A stretch of DNA of 64,000 nt, from the NCBI RefSeq assembly GCF_004010195.1, contig NC_057755.1:2059803-2123802 (forward strand). The letters run 5' to 3'. Below the pieces are notes generated by a model, which saw nothing but the letters and a program-made list of their open reading frames with translations, was not told the DNA's origin and did not search any database. Source of the stretch: Chiloscyllium plagiosum. Lineage: Eukaryota. This document shows positions 13,131 through 25,789 of the stretch, piece after piece; the stretch's first letter is position 1, and every line of letters starts with the position of its first letter. Position numbers and translations under genes: made by a program.

Positions 13131-13369
13131 TTCACTGACTACAGTGACCTATGCAGGCATGTTGTCCTCCATATTCTCAATTTTACCTCCTCATTCATCT
13201 ATTCAAAATGTTCCAAAGTCATCCATTGATTTACTTGAGTTATTGGAGTGATGTAAATCATGATTTGTAAAATCTCTATGAAAGTGTTAAATATTCTGCT
13301 GTAGTGTAATATTACTGGTGTGGTAGTCAAAGATATGACAGATGTCATAGAATTTAGGTTTCGAATCAT

Positions 13370-14300
13370 ATAATCAAAGAGATTTTCACCACGGAAACAA
13401 GCTCGTTGGTCCAACTCAGTCCATGCCGATCAGATATCCTGTCCTAATGAAGTCTCTTTTGCTAGCATTTGTCCCATATCCCTTTAAATCCTTCATGTTC
13501 ATATACCCATCCAGGTGTATTTTAAATGTTGGAATTGTATCACCTTCCACCACTTTCTCTGGTAGCTCATTCCATACACACACTACCCTCTGTGTGAAAA
13601 CGTTGCCTGGTAGATCCCTTTTAAATTTTTCCCCTACCCTAAACCTATGCCCTCTAGTTATGGTCTTCCTCCACCTCAGAGTAATTACCTTGCATATTCA
13701 CCCTATCTATACCCCTCATGATTTTCTAAACCTCTAAAAGGTCACCCTTCAGCCTCCGACATTCCAGGGAAAACAGCCCCAGCCTATTCAGCCTCTCCTT
13801 ATAGCTCAAATCTCCCAACCATGGCAACACACTTAGAAGTCTTTTCTGAACCCTTTCAAGTTTCACAATAGTCTTCTGATAGGAAGGAGATTAGAATTGC
13901 AAGAAATATCCCAAATATGCCCTAACTAATGTCCTGTACAGACGCAACATGATCTCCCAACTTCAGTACTCAGACCAATAAAGGAAAGCAGACCAAATAT
14001 CTTCTTTACTATCCTATTTACCTGCAACTCCTCCTTCTAGGAACTGTGAACCTGCACTCCAAGGTGTCTTTGTTCAGCAACACTCCCGAGAACCTCACCA
14101 TTAAGTGTATAATTCCTGCTTTGATTTGCTTTTCTAAAATGCAGCACCTTGCATTTATCGAAATTAAATTCCACTCCTCAGTCTATTGGCACACCGAATT
14201 AAGATTCCATTGTAATCTGAGGTAACCTTCTTTGCTGTCCACTACAACTCTAAGTTTTGTGTAATCTGCAAACTTACTAATTATAGCTCCAAAGTTCAGG
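13370..14300 (-). mobile_element. CR1 LINE 3' fragment (RT C-terminus and UTR)
   Basis: Reverse complement of the CR1 ORF2 3' region seen in other copies (ccctctgtgtgaaaacgttgcc, cctttcaagtttcacaa). Confidence 0.8.
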
Positions 14301-14679
14301 CTTATTCATGATGAAGGGCTTTTGCATGGAACGTCGATTCTCCAGCTCCTCGGATGCTGCCTGACCTGTTGTGTTTTACACTATCACACTCAACTCCTAT
14401 GTTCACATCTAAATCATGCAAGGCCAGAAAGAAATAGCAGGGAAGAATGCCAGAAACAACATTAACTCTGACAATGGGAACAATCTTGCGTGCCTGAGGT
14501 GTGTTCGCTTCTGGACCCCAACTCTCAGTTCTTCCGATTACCCAGCTCCCTCTCTGAATTAAGATACACCTTAAAATTTACCTCCTCGACCACGTTATTG
14601 CCAAATGACCTAATATCACCTTCTGTGGGTCAGTGTAAGTTGATATGATGTACGTCTTTTTAAGTACATTTTTGAGAGA

Positions 14680-15260
14680 CAGAGTTTTACACCTTGGAAA
14701 CAGGCCCTTTGGTCCAACTCATCCATGCCAACCAGATATCCTGATTTGATCTGATACCATTTGCCTGCAGTCGGCCCATATCCCTCGAAACCCTTTTTGA
14801 ATCATAAACCCATCCAGATGCTTTTTAATGCTGTAATTGTAACAGCATCCACCACTTCCTCTGGCATATCATTCCGTGCACACACAGCACTCTATGTGAG
14901 AAAGTTACCCCTCAGGTCCCAGTTAAACATTTCCTCTCTCAGCTTAAATCTGTCTAGCTTTGGACTCCTCTTCACTGAAAAAAGTCTTTTTTACTTACCT
15001 TACCTATGTCCCTTACAATTTTATAAAGTTCTGTAAGGTCAGCCAACTCCACACGCACCCCGCACCCTAGTCTCCGACACTGCAGAAAAAAAAAACAGCC
15101 CTAGCCCATTCAACCTCTCCCTGGAGCTCAAACCCTCCAATCCCAGCAGCATCCTTGTAATTTTTTTCTGAACCCTTGCAAGTTTATGAGCATCTTTCCT
15201 ATAATAGGGAGACCCGAATTGAACACACCTCACATTTATCTAAATTAAACTCCATTTAAA
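14680..15260 (-). mobile_element. CR1 LINE 3' fragment
   Basis: Minus ORF VQFGSPYYRKDAHKLARVQKKITRMLLGLEGLSSRERLNGLGLF. Confidence 0.8.
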
Positions 15261-15289
15261 AAAAAAATACTTACCGCTAGCAGGCAGCA

Positions 15290-17230
15290 GTATTTACTCT
15301 TTCACAGAAGGAGCGGGAGCAGCGGAAGAAGTGACGCGGACCAGAGGAACAGCCGGGAAGGAAGGTAGTGACTCTTTCTATCAGCAGGGAAGTGCATCCA
15401 ACTCCAGGTCCTTGAAAACGTGTAAGGGAATTGGAGCTGGAGCTGGATTAACTCCGGATCATTCTAGAGGCTGAGGGGGTAATTGAGAGGAGTTACCGGG
15501 AGTTGGTCATTCCTACGGCTCAGGACAAGGATAGATGGGTTACATTTAGGGGGAGGAAAGGGGACAGACAGGCAGTGCAGAGATCCCCTGTGGTCATTCC
15601 CTTCAGCAATAAGCATACAGTTTTGGATACTGCTGGGGGGGATGACCTACCAGAGGAAAGCCATAGTGGTCAGTTCTCTGGCACTGAGCCTGACACTGTG
15701 GCAAAGAAGGGAAGGGGGCAGAATAGAAAAATACTCGTGGTAGGGGACTTAATAATTAGGGGAGTCGACAGGAGATTTTGTGGTCACGATTCGGATTCCC
15801 AGAAGGTATGTTGCCTCCCTGGTGCCAGGGTCCGGGACGTCTCTGATCGTGTGTATAAAGTTCTAAAAGGGGATTGCGAACAGCCAGAAATTGTGTTACA
15901 TATTGGCACTAATGATATAGCCAGAAAAAGGACTGAGGATATAAAAAGTTATTTCTGGGAGTTAGGATGGAACCTGCAGGACGAATAGAGTAGTGTTCTC
16001 TAGTTTACTACCGGTGCCACGAGATAGCGAGGCGAGGAACAGGGAGCGGGCACAGCTTAACACGTGGCTGCGCAGCTGGTGTAGGAGGAAGGGCTTCAGA
16101 TATGCAGATAATTGAGATGCCTTCTGGGCAAGGTGGGACTTGTACATGAAGGACGGGTTGCATCTGAACTGGAAGGGGACCAATGTCCTGGGTGGAAGGT
16201 TTGCTCAAGTAGTTCGAGAAGATTTAAACTAGTATGGCAGTGGGGTGGGAACCTGAGCTGTATACCAGAGGTGAGCGGTGATGCAGATGAGGCAATAGCA
16301 AGAGGTAGACCAACTAGTGGGAAGGATTTTCCTAGGAAGGAATCAAGGGATCAGATAAAGTGTGTTTGCTTTAACGCAAGGAGTATCAGGAATAAAAGTG
16401 ATGAACTTAGAGCATGGATCAGTACCTGGTGCAATGATGTTGTGGCCATAACAGAGATATGGGTTTCTAAGGAGCAGGAATGGTTGCTGGATGTTCCAGG
16501 GTTTAGAACATTTAAAAAGAATAGGGAGGGGGGACAAAGAGGGGGTGTAGCACTACTAATCAGAGAGGGTATCACAGCTATAGAAGCTTCCATTATCGAG
16601 GAAGATCTTCCTACCGAGTCAGTATGGGTGGAAATTAGGAACAGCAAGGGATCAGTTACCTCGTTAGCGGTTTACTACAGGCCCCCAATAGCAGCAGGGA
16701 GATTAAAGAAAGCATAGGTCGACAGATTTTGGAAAAGTGTGGACGTCGTAGGGTTGTTGTAAACGGTGACTTTAACTTTCCCAATTTTGATTGGAACCTC
16801 CTTCGAGCAGAAGATTTGAATTGAGCTGTTTTTGTAAGGTCTGTTTCGGGAGGGTTTCCTAACTCAGTACGTTGACAGGCCGACGAGGGGAGAGGCCATT
16901 CTAGATTTGGTGCTCGGAAAGGAGCCGGGGCAGATATCAGATCCTGTGGTGGGAGAGCATTTTGGCGATAGTGACCCCAACTGCCTCACATACTACATAG
17001 CTATAGAGAAGGAGAGGATAAGGAGGATCCTAATGGGAGGATATTTAATTGGGGCAGAGGAATCTATGATGCGATTAGACATGAGTTAGGAAGCATGGAT
17101 TTTGAGCAATTGTTCCATGGTAAAGGCACTATAGACATGTGGAGACTGTTTCAGGAATAGTTATTGCGAGTGATGAATAAATATGTCCCTCTGAGCAAGA
17201 AGTGGTAAGATAAAGGAAACTTGGATGACA
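15290..17230 (+). mobile_element. CR1 LINE 5' portion: ORF1 (SGNH esterase) and ORF2 APE endonuclease, degenerate
   Basis: ORF1 motifs LVVGDLIIRG, CLPGARVRDV, VLHIGTNDI, DGLHLN; ORF2 motifs CVCFNARSIRNK, VAITEIW, GGVAL, YYRPP, GDFNFP, SD(H/P)N. Confidence 0.9.
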
Positions 17231-17259
17231 AGGTCGGCACTTGTAGTTGGACGGTTCCT

Positions 17260-17625
17260 AGGCGTCGTGTTGCCTCATCTTCCGCCTCAGAACCCTCCAA
17301 CCACAAGGGATGAATGCAGATTTCTCCAACTTCCTCTTTCCCCCCCCACCTTTTCTCAGCCTCAGCACCGCCTTCTTGACCTGCAATCTTCTTCCCGACC
17401 ACTCCGCCCCCAACCCCCTGTCCGGCCTATCACCCTCACCTCAACCTCCTTCCACCTATCGCATTCCCAACGCCCCTCCCCCAAGTCCCTTCTCCCTTCC
17501 TTTTATCTTATCCTGATTGGTACACGTTCCTCATTACTGAAGAAGGGCTTATGCCCAAAACATCGATTCTCCTGCTCCTTTGATGCTGCCTGACCTGCTG
17601 CGCTTTTCCAGCAACACATTTTTAA
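17260..17625 (+). mobile_element. Penelope-like element 3' end (GIY-YIG tail, C-rich spacer, hammerhead-like terminal repeat)
   Basis: LIFRLRTLQPQGMNADFSNF, then ctgaagaagggcttatgcccaaaacatcg (decayed hammerhead core). Confidence 0.7.
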
Positions 17626-18639
17626 GCTCCATTGTTCCCCAGCCTTCTCTTACTAACAGTCACAAATAATAGCACCACGTCAGCCACCCTCCAGTCTCTG
17701 CTGCCCACCCATGGTTGTTGATAGGAATATTTCATCGAGTCAGAGAGTCAGCGAGCCAGAGAGAAGTACAGCATGGGAACAGACTCTTCGGTCCAACTCG
17801 TCCATGCCAACCAGATATCGCAACCTATTCTCGTCCCATTTGCCACCATTGGCCGAGCAATCTCTTCCCTCGCTTCCTCACAGCCCGACATTTTTGAAGA
17901 TCAGAGAATTGTTTTCTGACGGATTGTATGGAGTGAAGTCCACAAACAGCATGGCCTCACATCCACTCCCAAAGTACATCACGGCGACCACGGACAATGA
18001 TACATTGGAGGGGCTAGCAAACAACGAACCCTGGAGAATCCTTTCAGAAGAATAACACTCCCAGAAGCAATGATCCCATGACTTATATTTGTCTCTGTGG
18101 GAATTGACCAGCCATGATTCTCCCGTGGTATGTGAGAGCATGACTTGGAGCATGTCCGAATCCGTGAGGAAAGGCATCATCAAACCTATCGACAAGTAGA
18201 AGGGGGAAGGAGAAGGGAATGACGCCACTGTATCTATATCACTTACCCAGGGAACATTAGACTAACCCCACTGTGTCTCTGTCACTGACCCAGTCACTAT
18301 TGCCCTGCAGTGTCCCTCTCTCACTGTGGACAGGAAACTGGTGGTGGGTTTAACTTGAGGGGGGTCACCACAGGGTTTGAAAGGCAGGACGTTCGGGTGA
18401 CCTCGGCTGGTATGGGGTAACACAGCCCCTACTGTTAGCTCTGTATCACAAAACAGCCATCCAGCTAACCGAGAATCAGAGAATCTCTGCAATGCAGGTG
18501 GAGTCCACTTGGACCATTGAGTCTGCACTGCTCCTCCGAGGATCATCCACCTAAACCCACTTCCCTACCCTGTCCCTTTAACCTGCATTTCCCACGGCCA
18601 ACCCACACCAGCCCACACCTCCCTGGACGCTAAGGATAG

Positions 18640-21600
18640 AACATAGAACACAGAACAATACAGCACAGAACAGGCCCTTTGGCCCGCGATGTTGTGCCGA
18701 ACATTTGTTTTAGCTTAAGCACCCATCCATGTACCTATCCAATTGCCGCTTAAAGGTCACCAAAGATTCTGACTCTACCACTCCCACAGGCAGCGCATTC
18801 CATGCCCACACCACTCTCTGGGTAAAGAACCCACCCCTGACATCTCCCCTATACCTTCCACCCTTCACCTTAAATTTATGCCCCCTTGTAACACTCTGTT
18901 GTACCCAGGGAAAAAGTTTCTGACTGTCTACTCTACCTATTCCTCTGATCATCTTATAAACCTCTACCAAGTCACCCCTCATCCTTCGCCGTTCCAACGA
19001 GAAAAGGCCGAGAACTCTCAACCTATCCTCGTACGACCTATTCTCCATTCCAGCCAACATCCTGGTAAATCTTCTCTGCACCCTCTCCAAAGCTTCCACA
19101 CCTTTCCTAAAGTGAGGCGACCAGAACTGCACACAGTACTCCAACTGTGGCCTAACCAAAGTCCTGTACAGCTGCAACATCACTTCACGACTCTTGAATT
19201 CAATCCCGCTGCTAATGAACGCTAAAACACCATAGGCCTTCTTACAAGCTCTACCCACCTGAGTGACAACTTTCAAAGACGTATGAACATAGACCCCAAG
19301 ATCCCTCTGCTCCTCACCTTACTAAGAACCCCACCGTTAACCCTGTATTCCGAAAATATTTACCATCTCCCACCACTCTGACTTCGACCGGTTAGCCAGT
19401 TTTCTATCCAATTGGCCAAATTTTCCTCTATCCCATGCCTCCTGACTTTCCGCATAAGCCTACCATGGGGAACATTATCAAATGCCTTACTAAAATCCAT
19501 GTATACTACATCCACTGCTCTACCCTCATCCACATGCTTGGTCACCTCCTCAAAGAATTCAATCAGACTTGTAAGGCAAGACCTACCCTTCACAAATCCG
19601 TGCTGGCTGTCCCTTATCAAGCAGTGCCTTTCCAGATACTCAAATCCTATCCCTCAGTACCCTTTCTATTACTTTACCTACCACCGAAGTAAGACTAACT
19701 GGCCTGTATATCCCGGGGTTATCCCTATTCCCGTTTTTGAACAGGGGCACAACATTCGCCACTCCCCAGTCCCCTGGTACCACCCCTGTTGACAGTGAAG
19801 ACGAAAATATCATTGCCAACGGCTCTGCAATTTCCTCCCTTGCTTCCCACATAATCCTAGGATATATATCGTCAGATCCGGGGGACTTGTCTATCCTCAA
19901 GTTGTTCAAAATGTCCAACACATCTTCCTGCCTAACATGTATCTCCTCCAGCTTACCAGTCCGTTTCACACTCTCCTCTTCAACAATACGGTTCCTCTCA
20001 TTCGTAAATACTGAAGAAAAGTACTCATTCAAGACCTCTCCTATCTCTTCCGACTCAATACACAGTCTCCCACTACTGTCCTTGATTGGACCTACCCTCG
20101 TTCTCGTCATTCTCATGTTTCTCACATACGCATAAAATGCCTTTGGGTTATCCTTGATTCTATCCGCCAGAGATTTTTCATGTTGTCTCTTGACTCTCCT
20201 AATCCCTTTCTTCAGCTCCCTTCTGGCTATCCTGTATCCCTCCACTGCTCTGTCTGAACCCTGATTCCTCACCCCTATGTAAGCCTCCTTCTTCCTCTTT
20301 ACAAGACATTCAACCTCCCTCGTAAACCAAGGTTTCCTCTCACGGCCATTTCTTTCCTGTCTGACCGGTACATACATATCAAGGACACGTCGTATCTGTT
20401 CCTTGAAAAAGTTCCACATTTCAATGACACCCTTCCCTGACAGCCTATGCTCCCAACTTATGCTCCTCAGATCCCGTCTTACAGCATCACCTATCTCTCT
20501 CCATAACCAAAGTGAAAGTCACAGAATTGTGGTCACCATCACCAAAATGTTCACCCACTAACAAGCCCATCACTTGTCCTGGTTCATTACCGAGTACCAA
20601 ATCCAAAATGGCCTCCCCTCGAGAACCCATCTCTGTGTCCGCAAGTATTCCCTGTCAGTGCTACCTTCTTCACAGCCTCCCCACACACTTGGACATCCTG
20701 ACAAACAGCTAGACGACTTGCTGGACTACATGTCCGGATCTCATCCCCCTGCCAAATTAGTTTAAACCCCCCCGAAGATAGCTAGCAAACCTACCCCCCA
20801 GGATATTGGTGCCCTTCTGGTTCAGGTGCAACCCGTCCTGCTTGTACAGGTCCCACCTTCCCCAGAATGCAGTCCAATTGTCCAAATACCTGAAGCCCTC
20901 CCTACTACACCATCCTTGCAGCCACGTGTTCAACTGCACTCTCTCCCTATTCCTATCCTCACTGTCACGTGGCACCGGCAACAACCCAGAGATGACGACT
21001 CTGTCTGTCCTAGCTTTCAGCTTCCAGCCTAACTCCGAGGTCTTGAATGACCTCCCCACCTATTTTCCTACCTATGTCGTTGGTGCCAACGTGCACCACG
21101 ACTTCTGGCTGCACACCCTCCCCCTTAAGGATTCTGAAGACACGGTCCGAGACGTCACGGACCCTGGCACCCGGGAGGCAACAAACCATCCGAGAGTCTC
21201 GCCATGCCCACAGAATCGCCTGTCCGTCCCTATAACTAGAGAGTCTCCTATAACTAGCGCTCTCCTCATCTCCCCCTTTCCCTTCTGAGTCTCAGAGCCA
21301 GACCTCACGCCACAGACCCGGTCACTGCAGCTTACCCCGGCTAGGCTGTCCCCCCCACCAGTATCCAAAGCGGTAAACCTATTGTTTAGGGGAATGACTA
21401 CAGGGGATCCCTGCACTGCCTGCTTCCTCCCCTTCCCACCTCTAACTGTTTCCCAGCTACCTCTGTTCTCTGGCGTAACTATGTCCCTGTAGCTTCTATC
21501 TATCACCTTCTCAGCCTCTCGAATAATCCTCAGTTCATCCAACTCCAGTTCCAGTTCCCTAACTCGTTCTGTGAGGAGCAGAATCTGACTGCATTTCCTG

Positions 21601-21975
21601 CAGATGAAGTCGGCAGGAGTATCGGTGGTCACCCCTACCTCAAACATCCGGTAGGAGGAACATTCCACTGCCTGCGCTGCCATTACACTACACTTCGTCT
21701 CCAAAGCAAGAACACTGAGTAGCTTACCTGTGAACTTTAAAGTTAGGTTAGAGGAGGAGGATGGGAGGGAGGCCCTACTGTGTAGGGCCTGGGGTCTAGA
21801 ACACACCCACTCAAATATCAATCACTTACCTTCCCCACCAGCTCTGCGCTCCAACCTCACGTCCGCCCAGTTCGCGCCGCTCTCTGCTGAGAAAAGACCG
21901 TTGGCGTCGAGGTAAGTTCTTTATATATCACTTACCTTCCCGACCAGCTCTGCGCTCCAACCTCACTTCTGCCCA
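18640..21975 (-). mobile_element. Near-full-span CR1 LINE with internal deletions (5' UTR, ORF1, ORF2, 3' tail)
   Basis: ORF1 21072-21821/20757-21059: CSSY..C..C zinc knuckle, LELELDELR coiled coil, VIGDSLV and DGLHLN esterase motifs; ORF2 19640-20419, 19360-19620 (QHGF, YMDFSKAFD) and 18710-19276; (AGAAC)-type tail at ~18640-18675. Confidence 0.92.
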
Positions 21976-22397
21976 GCTAATTATATTAACATAATTATGT
22001 TAAACGTTTGCATCCTTCTGTAGGTCCTAATAGGTACATTTGTCCTGTATTATCGCATCATAGTTATGGTTTAGAGGTGCTGGCGTTGGACTGGGGTGCA
22101 CAAAGTTAAAAATACAACAACATTAGTTTATAACCCGGTATTGTGTGTTCTTCAACTTTATTGTATTGAAGTAATTCATGTTGGTATTTCAGGGTGTGTT
22201 TGCAATCTTGCTACACAATGATGAAAGAAGAATAGAGTAACCCCGTGAGACATTTCTGTTAAAAAAAAGACTAGTTTCATTCATTCAGACAGTAGCTGCT
22301 GATTCCTCCTCCTGGCCGCTGGAGGGAGCCACTCTGCCTCCCCTCACGGCACACTACCTCCTTGTCAGTCCTTCCATGGAAGGGCAGCCAACTCGGC

Positions 22398-22407
22398 GTG
22401 ACGTCAC
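22398..22407. promoter_or_regulatory. Perfect CRE palindrome (GTGACGTCAC) in a locally GC/CpG-rich segment
   Basis: TGACGTCA at 22399-22406 amid CpG-retaining sequence (22300-22550); function not shown. Confidence 0.3.
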
Positions 22408-23599
22408 CGCGCAGCCCCTTGCGCCGTTGAGTCTTTTAGGTCATTGTGAGACTGTCAGAAATAACAGAATGAACAGGGACAGGCGCAAATTGTCCCAGAA
22501 ACAAAAACATGCTGCGTGTGCAGTGGCGCGGGGAGGCGAGCAGAGGGTGACATTGAATTACTTTAAACACAAGAGGGACACAGCATTATATCACTTTAGT
22601 TACAAGAAAAACAGAGAGACAGACAGAAGGAGATTGAAGTTGAGAGTGTGTTGCTGGAAAAGCACAGCAGGTCAGGCAGCATCCGAGGAGCAGGAAAATC
22701 AATGAAGGGTTCTGATCTCCAGCATCTGCAGACCTCACTGTCTCCTAGAAGGAGGTTGAACCACATTTCAATGGATACAGCCCCCAAAACAACTGAAAGC
22801 CTATTGCACAGAGACACAGGTACACAGACAGACACTATCACACACAAGCAGTTAGACAGATACAGAGACAGAAACACAGACAACGTCCGCTAATATCGTC
22901 TGTGTAGAGGTTGATCTTTTTAATTTGTGTTCATTTTTTTCAATAAACTGCTGTCAATTTGAACAATAGCCCTGTGTAATCACTTGTCCATTTTGTTGAA
23001 ATGTATTGAAGCATTTAAAGAAGAAATGTTTAAAAGATTTGGCATAGTCATAGGACACCAGGATATAGTCCAACAGGTTTATTTAAAATCACAAGCTTTC
23101 AGAGCACTGCTCCTTTTTCAGGTCGGGGAAGTCGATCGATGAGATGTGGGATTGATCAACCCGCCCTGGAGGACTGGGCGAACGATAGGCTTGGGCATTA
23201 ATCAAACCCCCTGGAGGACTGGGCGATCGATGTGATGGGGACTTGATCCAGCCCCATGGAGGACTGGTCACTCGAATGCTCCTTCTGCTGCTGCTCTGGG
23301 TCTCAGAGCAGTTCCTCACAACAAAAGATTCTCAAGCTGTCAGCTTCATCCGCTGAAGGTGGGATAGTCAGAGACATAAATTTTTCACTTTTTGATTCAT
23401 TCAGACATCCCTCCGGGACAAACTGTGTCCCATTGCAGACAGGGATAGACCCACACCCACATACTCACATATGGAAACTCACATCAACATGACCATCAGC
23501 ATTTTATCATTTTAAATACCAGAAGGACTGACGGGGTAAAGGGGTTTAACCACATCCAAATGTATACAGCCCCAAAAACAACAGAGACCCCATTGGACA

Positions 23600-24460
23600 G
23601 AGACACAGACATAGAGAGACACACACACTGATATATACTAATACACACAAAAAAGATCATCAGACCATGAAACAGATGCAGGCACACACACACGTGCAGA
23701 CTGACACACACATACACACTGATGCACACATATAGACTGGCACAAACAGAGACACACATATACAGTCCGACACATGGAGAAACGCATCTACAGATTGACA
23801 TACACATATATCTAGACGCACACACGCAGAGACCAACTCAGACCAAACACACATATATACAGACCAATATGCACATACAGAGACAGGAACACATTAAGAC
23901 ATAGGCACATGCACTCATAAACACAAATACATGAATATATATATGTGCAGGGATACACAGACAGGCAGATTCAGAAACACACATACAGACATATATATAT
24001 ATATATAGACACACAGAAACACACATCTGCATATGCACAAGTGCACACAGAAACATATATATACTGATCAAGACACGCAGACAGAAACACACAGAAACGT
24101 ACATACAAGGACAAAGGCACCCATAGAAGAAAGTGAGGACTGCAGATGCTGGAGATCAGAGTTAAGAGTGTGGTGCTGGAAAAGCACAGCAGGTCAGGCA
24201 GCTAATGAGGAGCAGAGAATCGACATTTCAGGTATAATCCCTTCATCAGGAATTATTCCTGATGAAAGGCTTATGCCTGAAATGTCGATTCTCCTGCTCG
24301 TCGGACGTTGCCTGACGTGCTATGCTTTCCAGCACTACACTCCTGACTATGAGACATACAGATACAGAGAGACAGTTATACACAGACAGACACAAAGACA
24401 CGCATATATGCAGGCACACACATAAATTCAGAAACACACACACTGACATGCATAGGACAA
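23600..24460. repeat. CA/TA-rich low-complexity tract containing a palindromic Penelope-derived element (24128-24348)
   Basis: Degenerate (CA)n/(TA)n; inverted arms centred on tcaggaattattcctga at ~24247-24262. Confidence 0.85.
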
Positions 24461-25789
24461 GACTCTGTGTGTAGTAACTGGCACTGCCTTGTGTTAAACC
24501 ATCATTAAGACACATGGGCAGAGATCAATCAAGAGTGAAATTAAATTTGGATGGGACAGACCACTCACAGGTTTCCAACAGCAGGATTTCAACAGGGTAG
24601 ACGTCAGGAAATAAAAGTGTTGCTGAATAAAATAAAATGTGTCCCAATACCAGGTCAAGGAATATAACCAGTCAATCCACCACTGTCACGTACACCAGGT
24701 GATGCATTTGAAGAGACCACTCTTTCTTTGAAAGAGAATCACCATTATCAATGTATTAACTGTGAAGCAGAGAAATAGGCAGTGAAAGTTGACATCAGGC
24801 TGCCAGGTAGAGCAGGCAGTCTGATTCGGGACACTGAGATTTTCAGATGTTGAACAGTGCCAAAAGAAAGAGCAGCATCTATTCAATATGAAAAGCCAGG
24901 AAAGTAAAACCATAAACAGTGAAGATGAGGAGACGGAGGAAGCAGAAGGAGTGAGGTTTTGTGTTCTAGTCTGTCGGGGGATTTTGTCTTTTAGCAGAAG
25001 AATGGCACCTGGGACTTGCTCCCTGGTTTATGACAGTTCGTACCATCGATGAGAGAGTGCCGTGCCTGCAAGAAAGTACCAACTTCTGCAGTGAGTAGGA
25101 GTTTTGGATGAAGGTTTGAGTGACAATAAAGAGCTTTGCACTACCGTCGAAATTAGGCATTGATTCTGACGTCTTTCAGCACGGGGAGGCTGAATTTCCC
25201 CAGCCCTGTGGCAATCTGTAGGATATTCCCTCCAAATGTTACCCAAATTAACTGCATAAATAAAATTATATTGCCCAATTGAAATTAACTTTATTCAAAC
25301 CATCACAGGACAGGATGTGGTTGGGCCACCATCTTTGTCAGAGGCATGCGAGCAACAATGTTTCTGCCTCATTGTGGATGAGTTACTGTTTGAAAATGAG
25401 TTAATTAGTGACTTCAATGTGAACGAGCTCGGTTTTAATGTTCTATTCTGTCGGGGGATGCTTTTATTTCCATTTTGTCTTTTAGCAGAAGAATGGCACC
25501 TGGGACTTGCGTTCTGGTTTAGGACAGTTCGTACCATCAATGAGAGGGTGTAGTGCCTGCAAGAGAGTACCAACTTCTGCTTCTGTCGCCCTCCATGCAG
25601 CGCGCCACCATTAGATTTAAGTCCTGGCATGGAACACTCCAGATGTCAGATTCAGAATGTGTTCAGAATTGGGACTAGGAGGAGGACATTTGGCCCCTTA
25701 TGACCCTTTTATCATTCAGTAAAATCGTGGCTGACCGGATTGTGACCATAACTCCATTCTGCTGCCAATGTCACACCGCCATTCATAGG

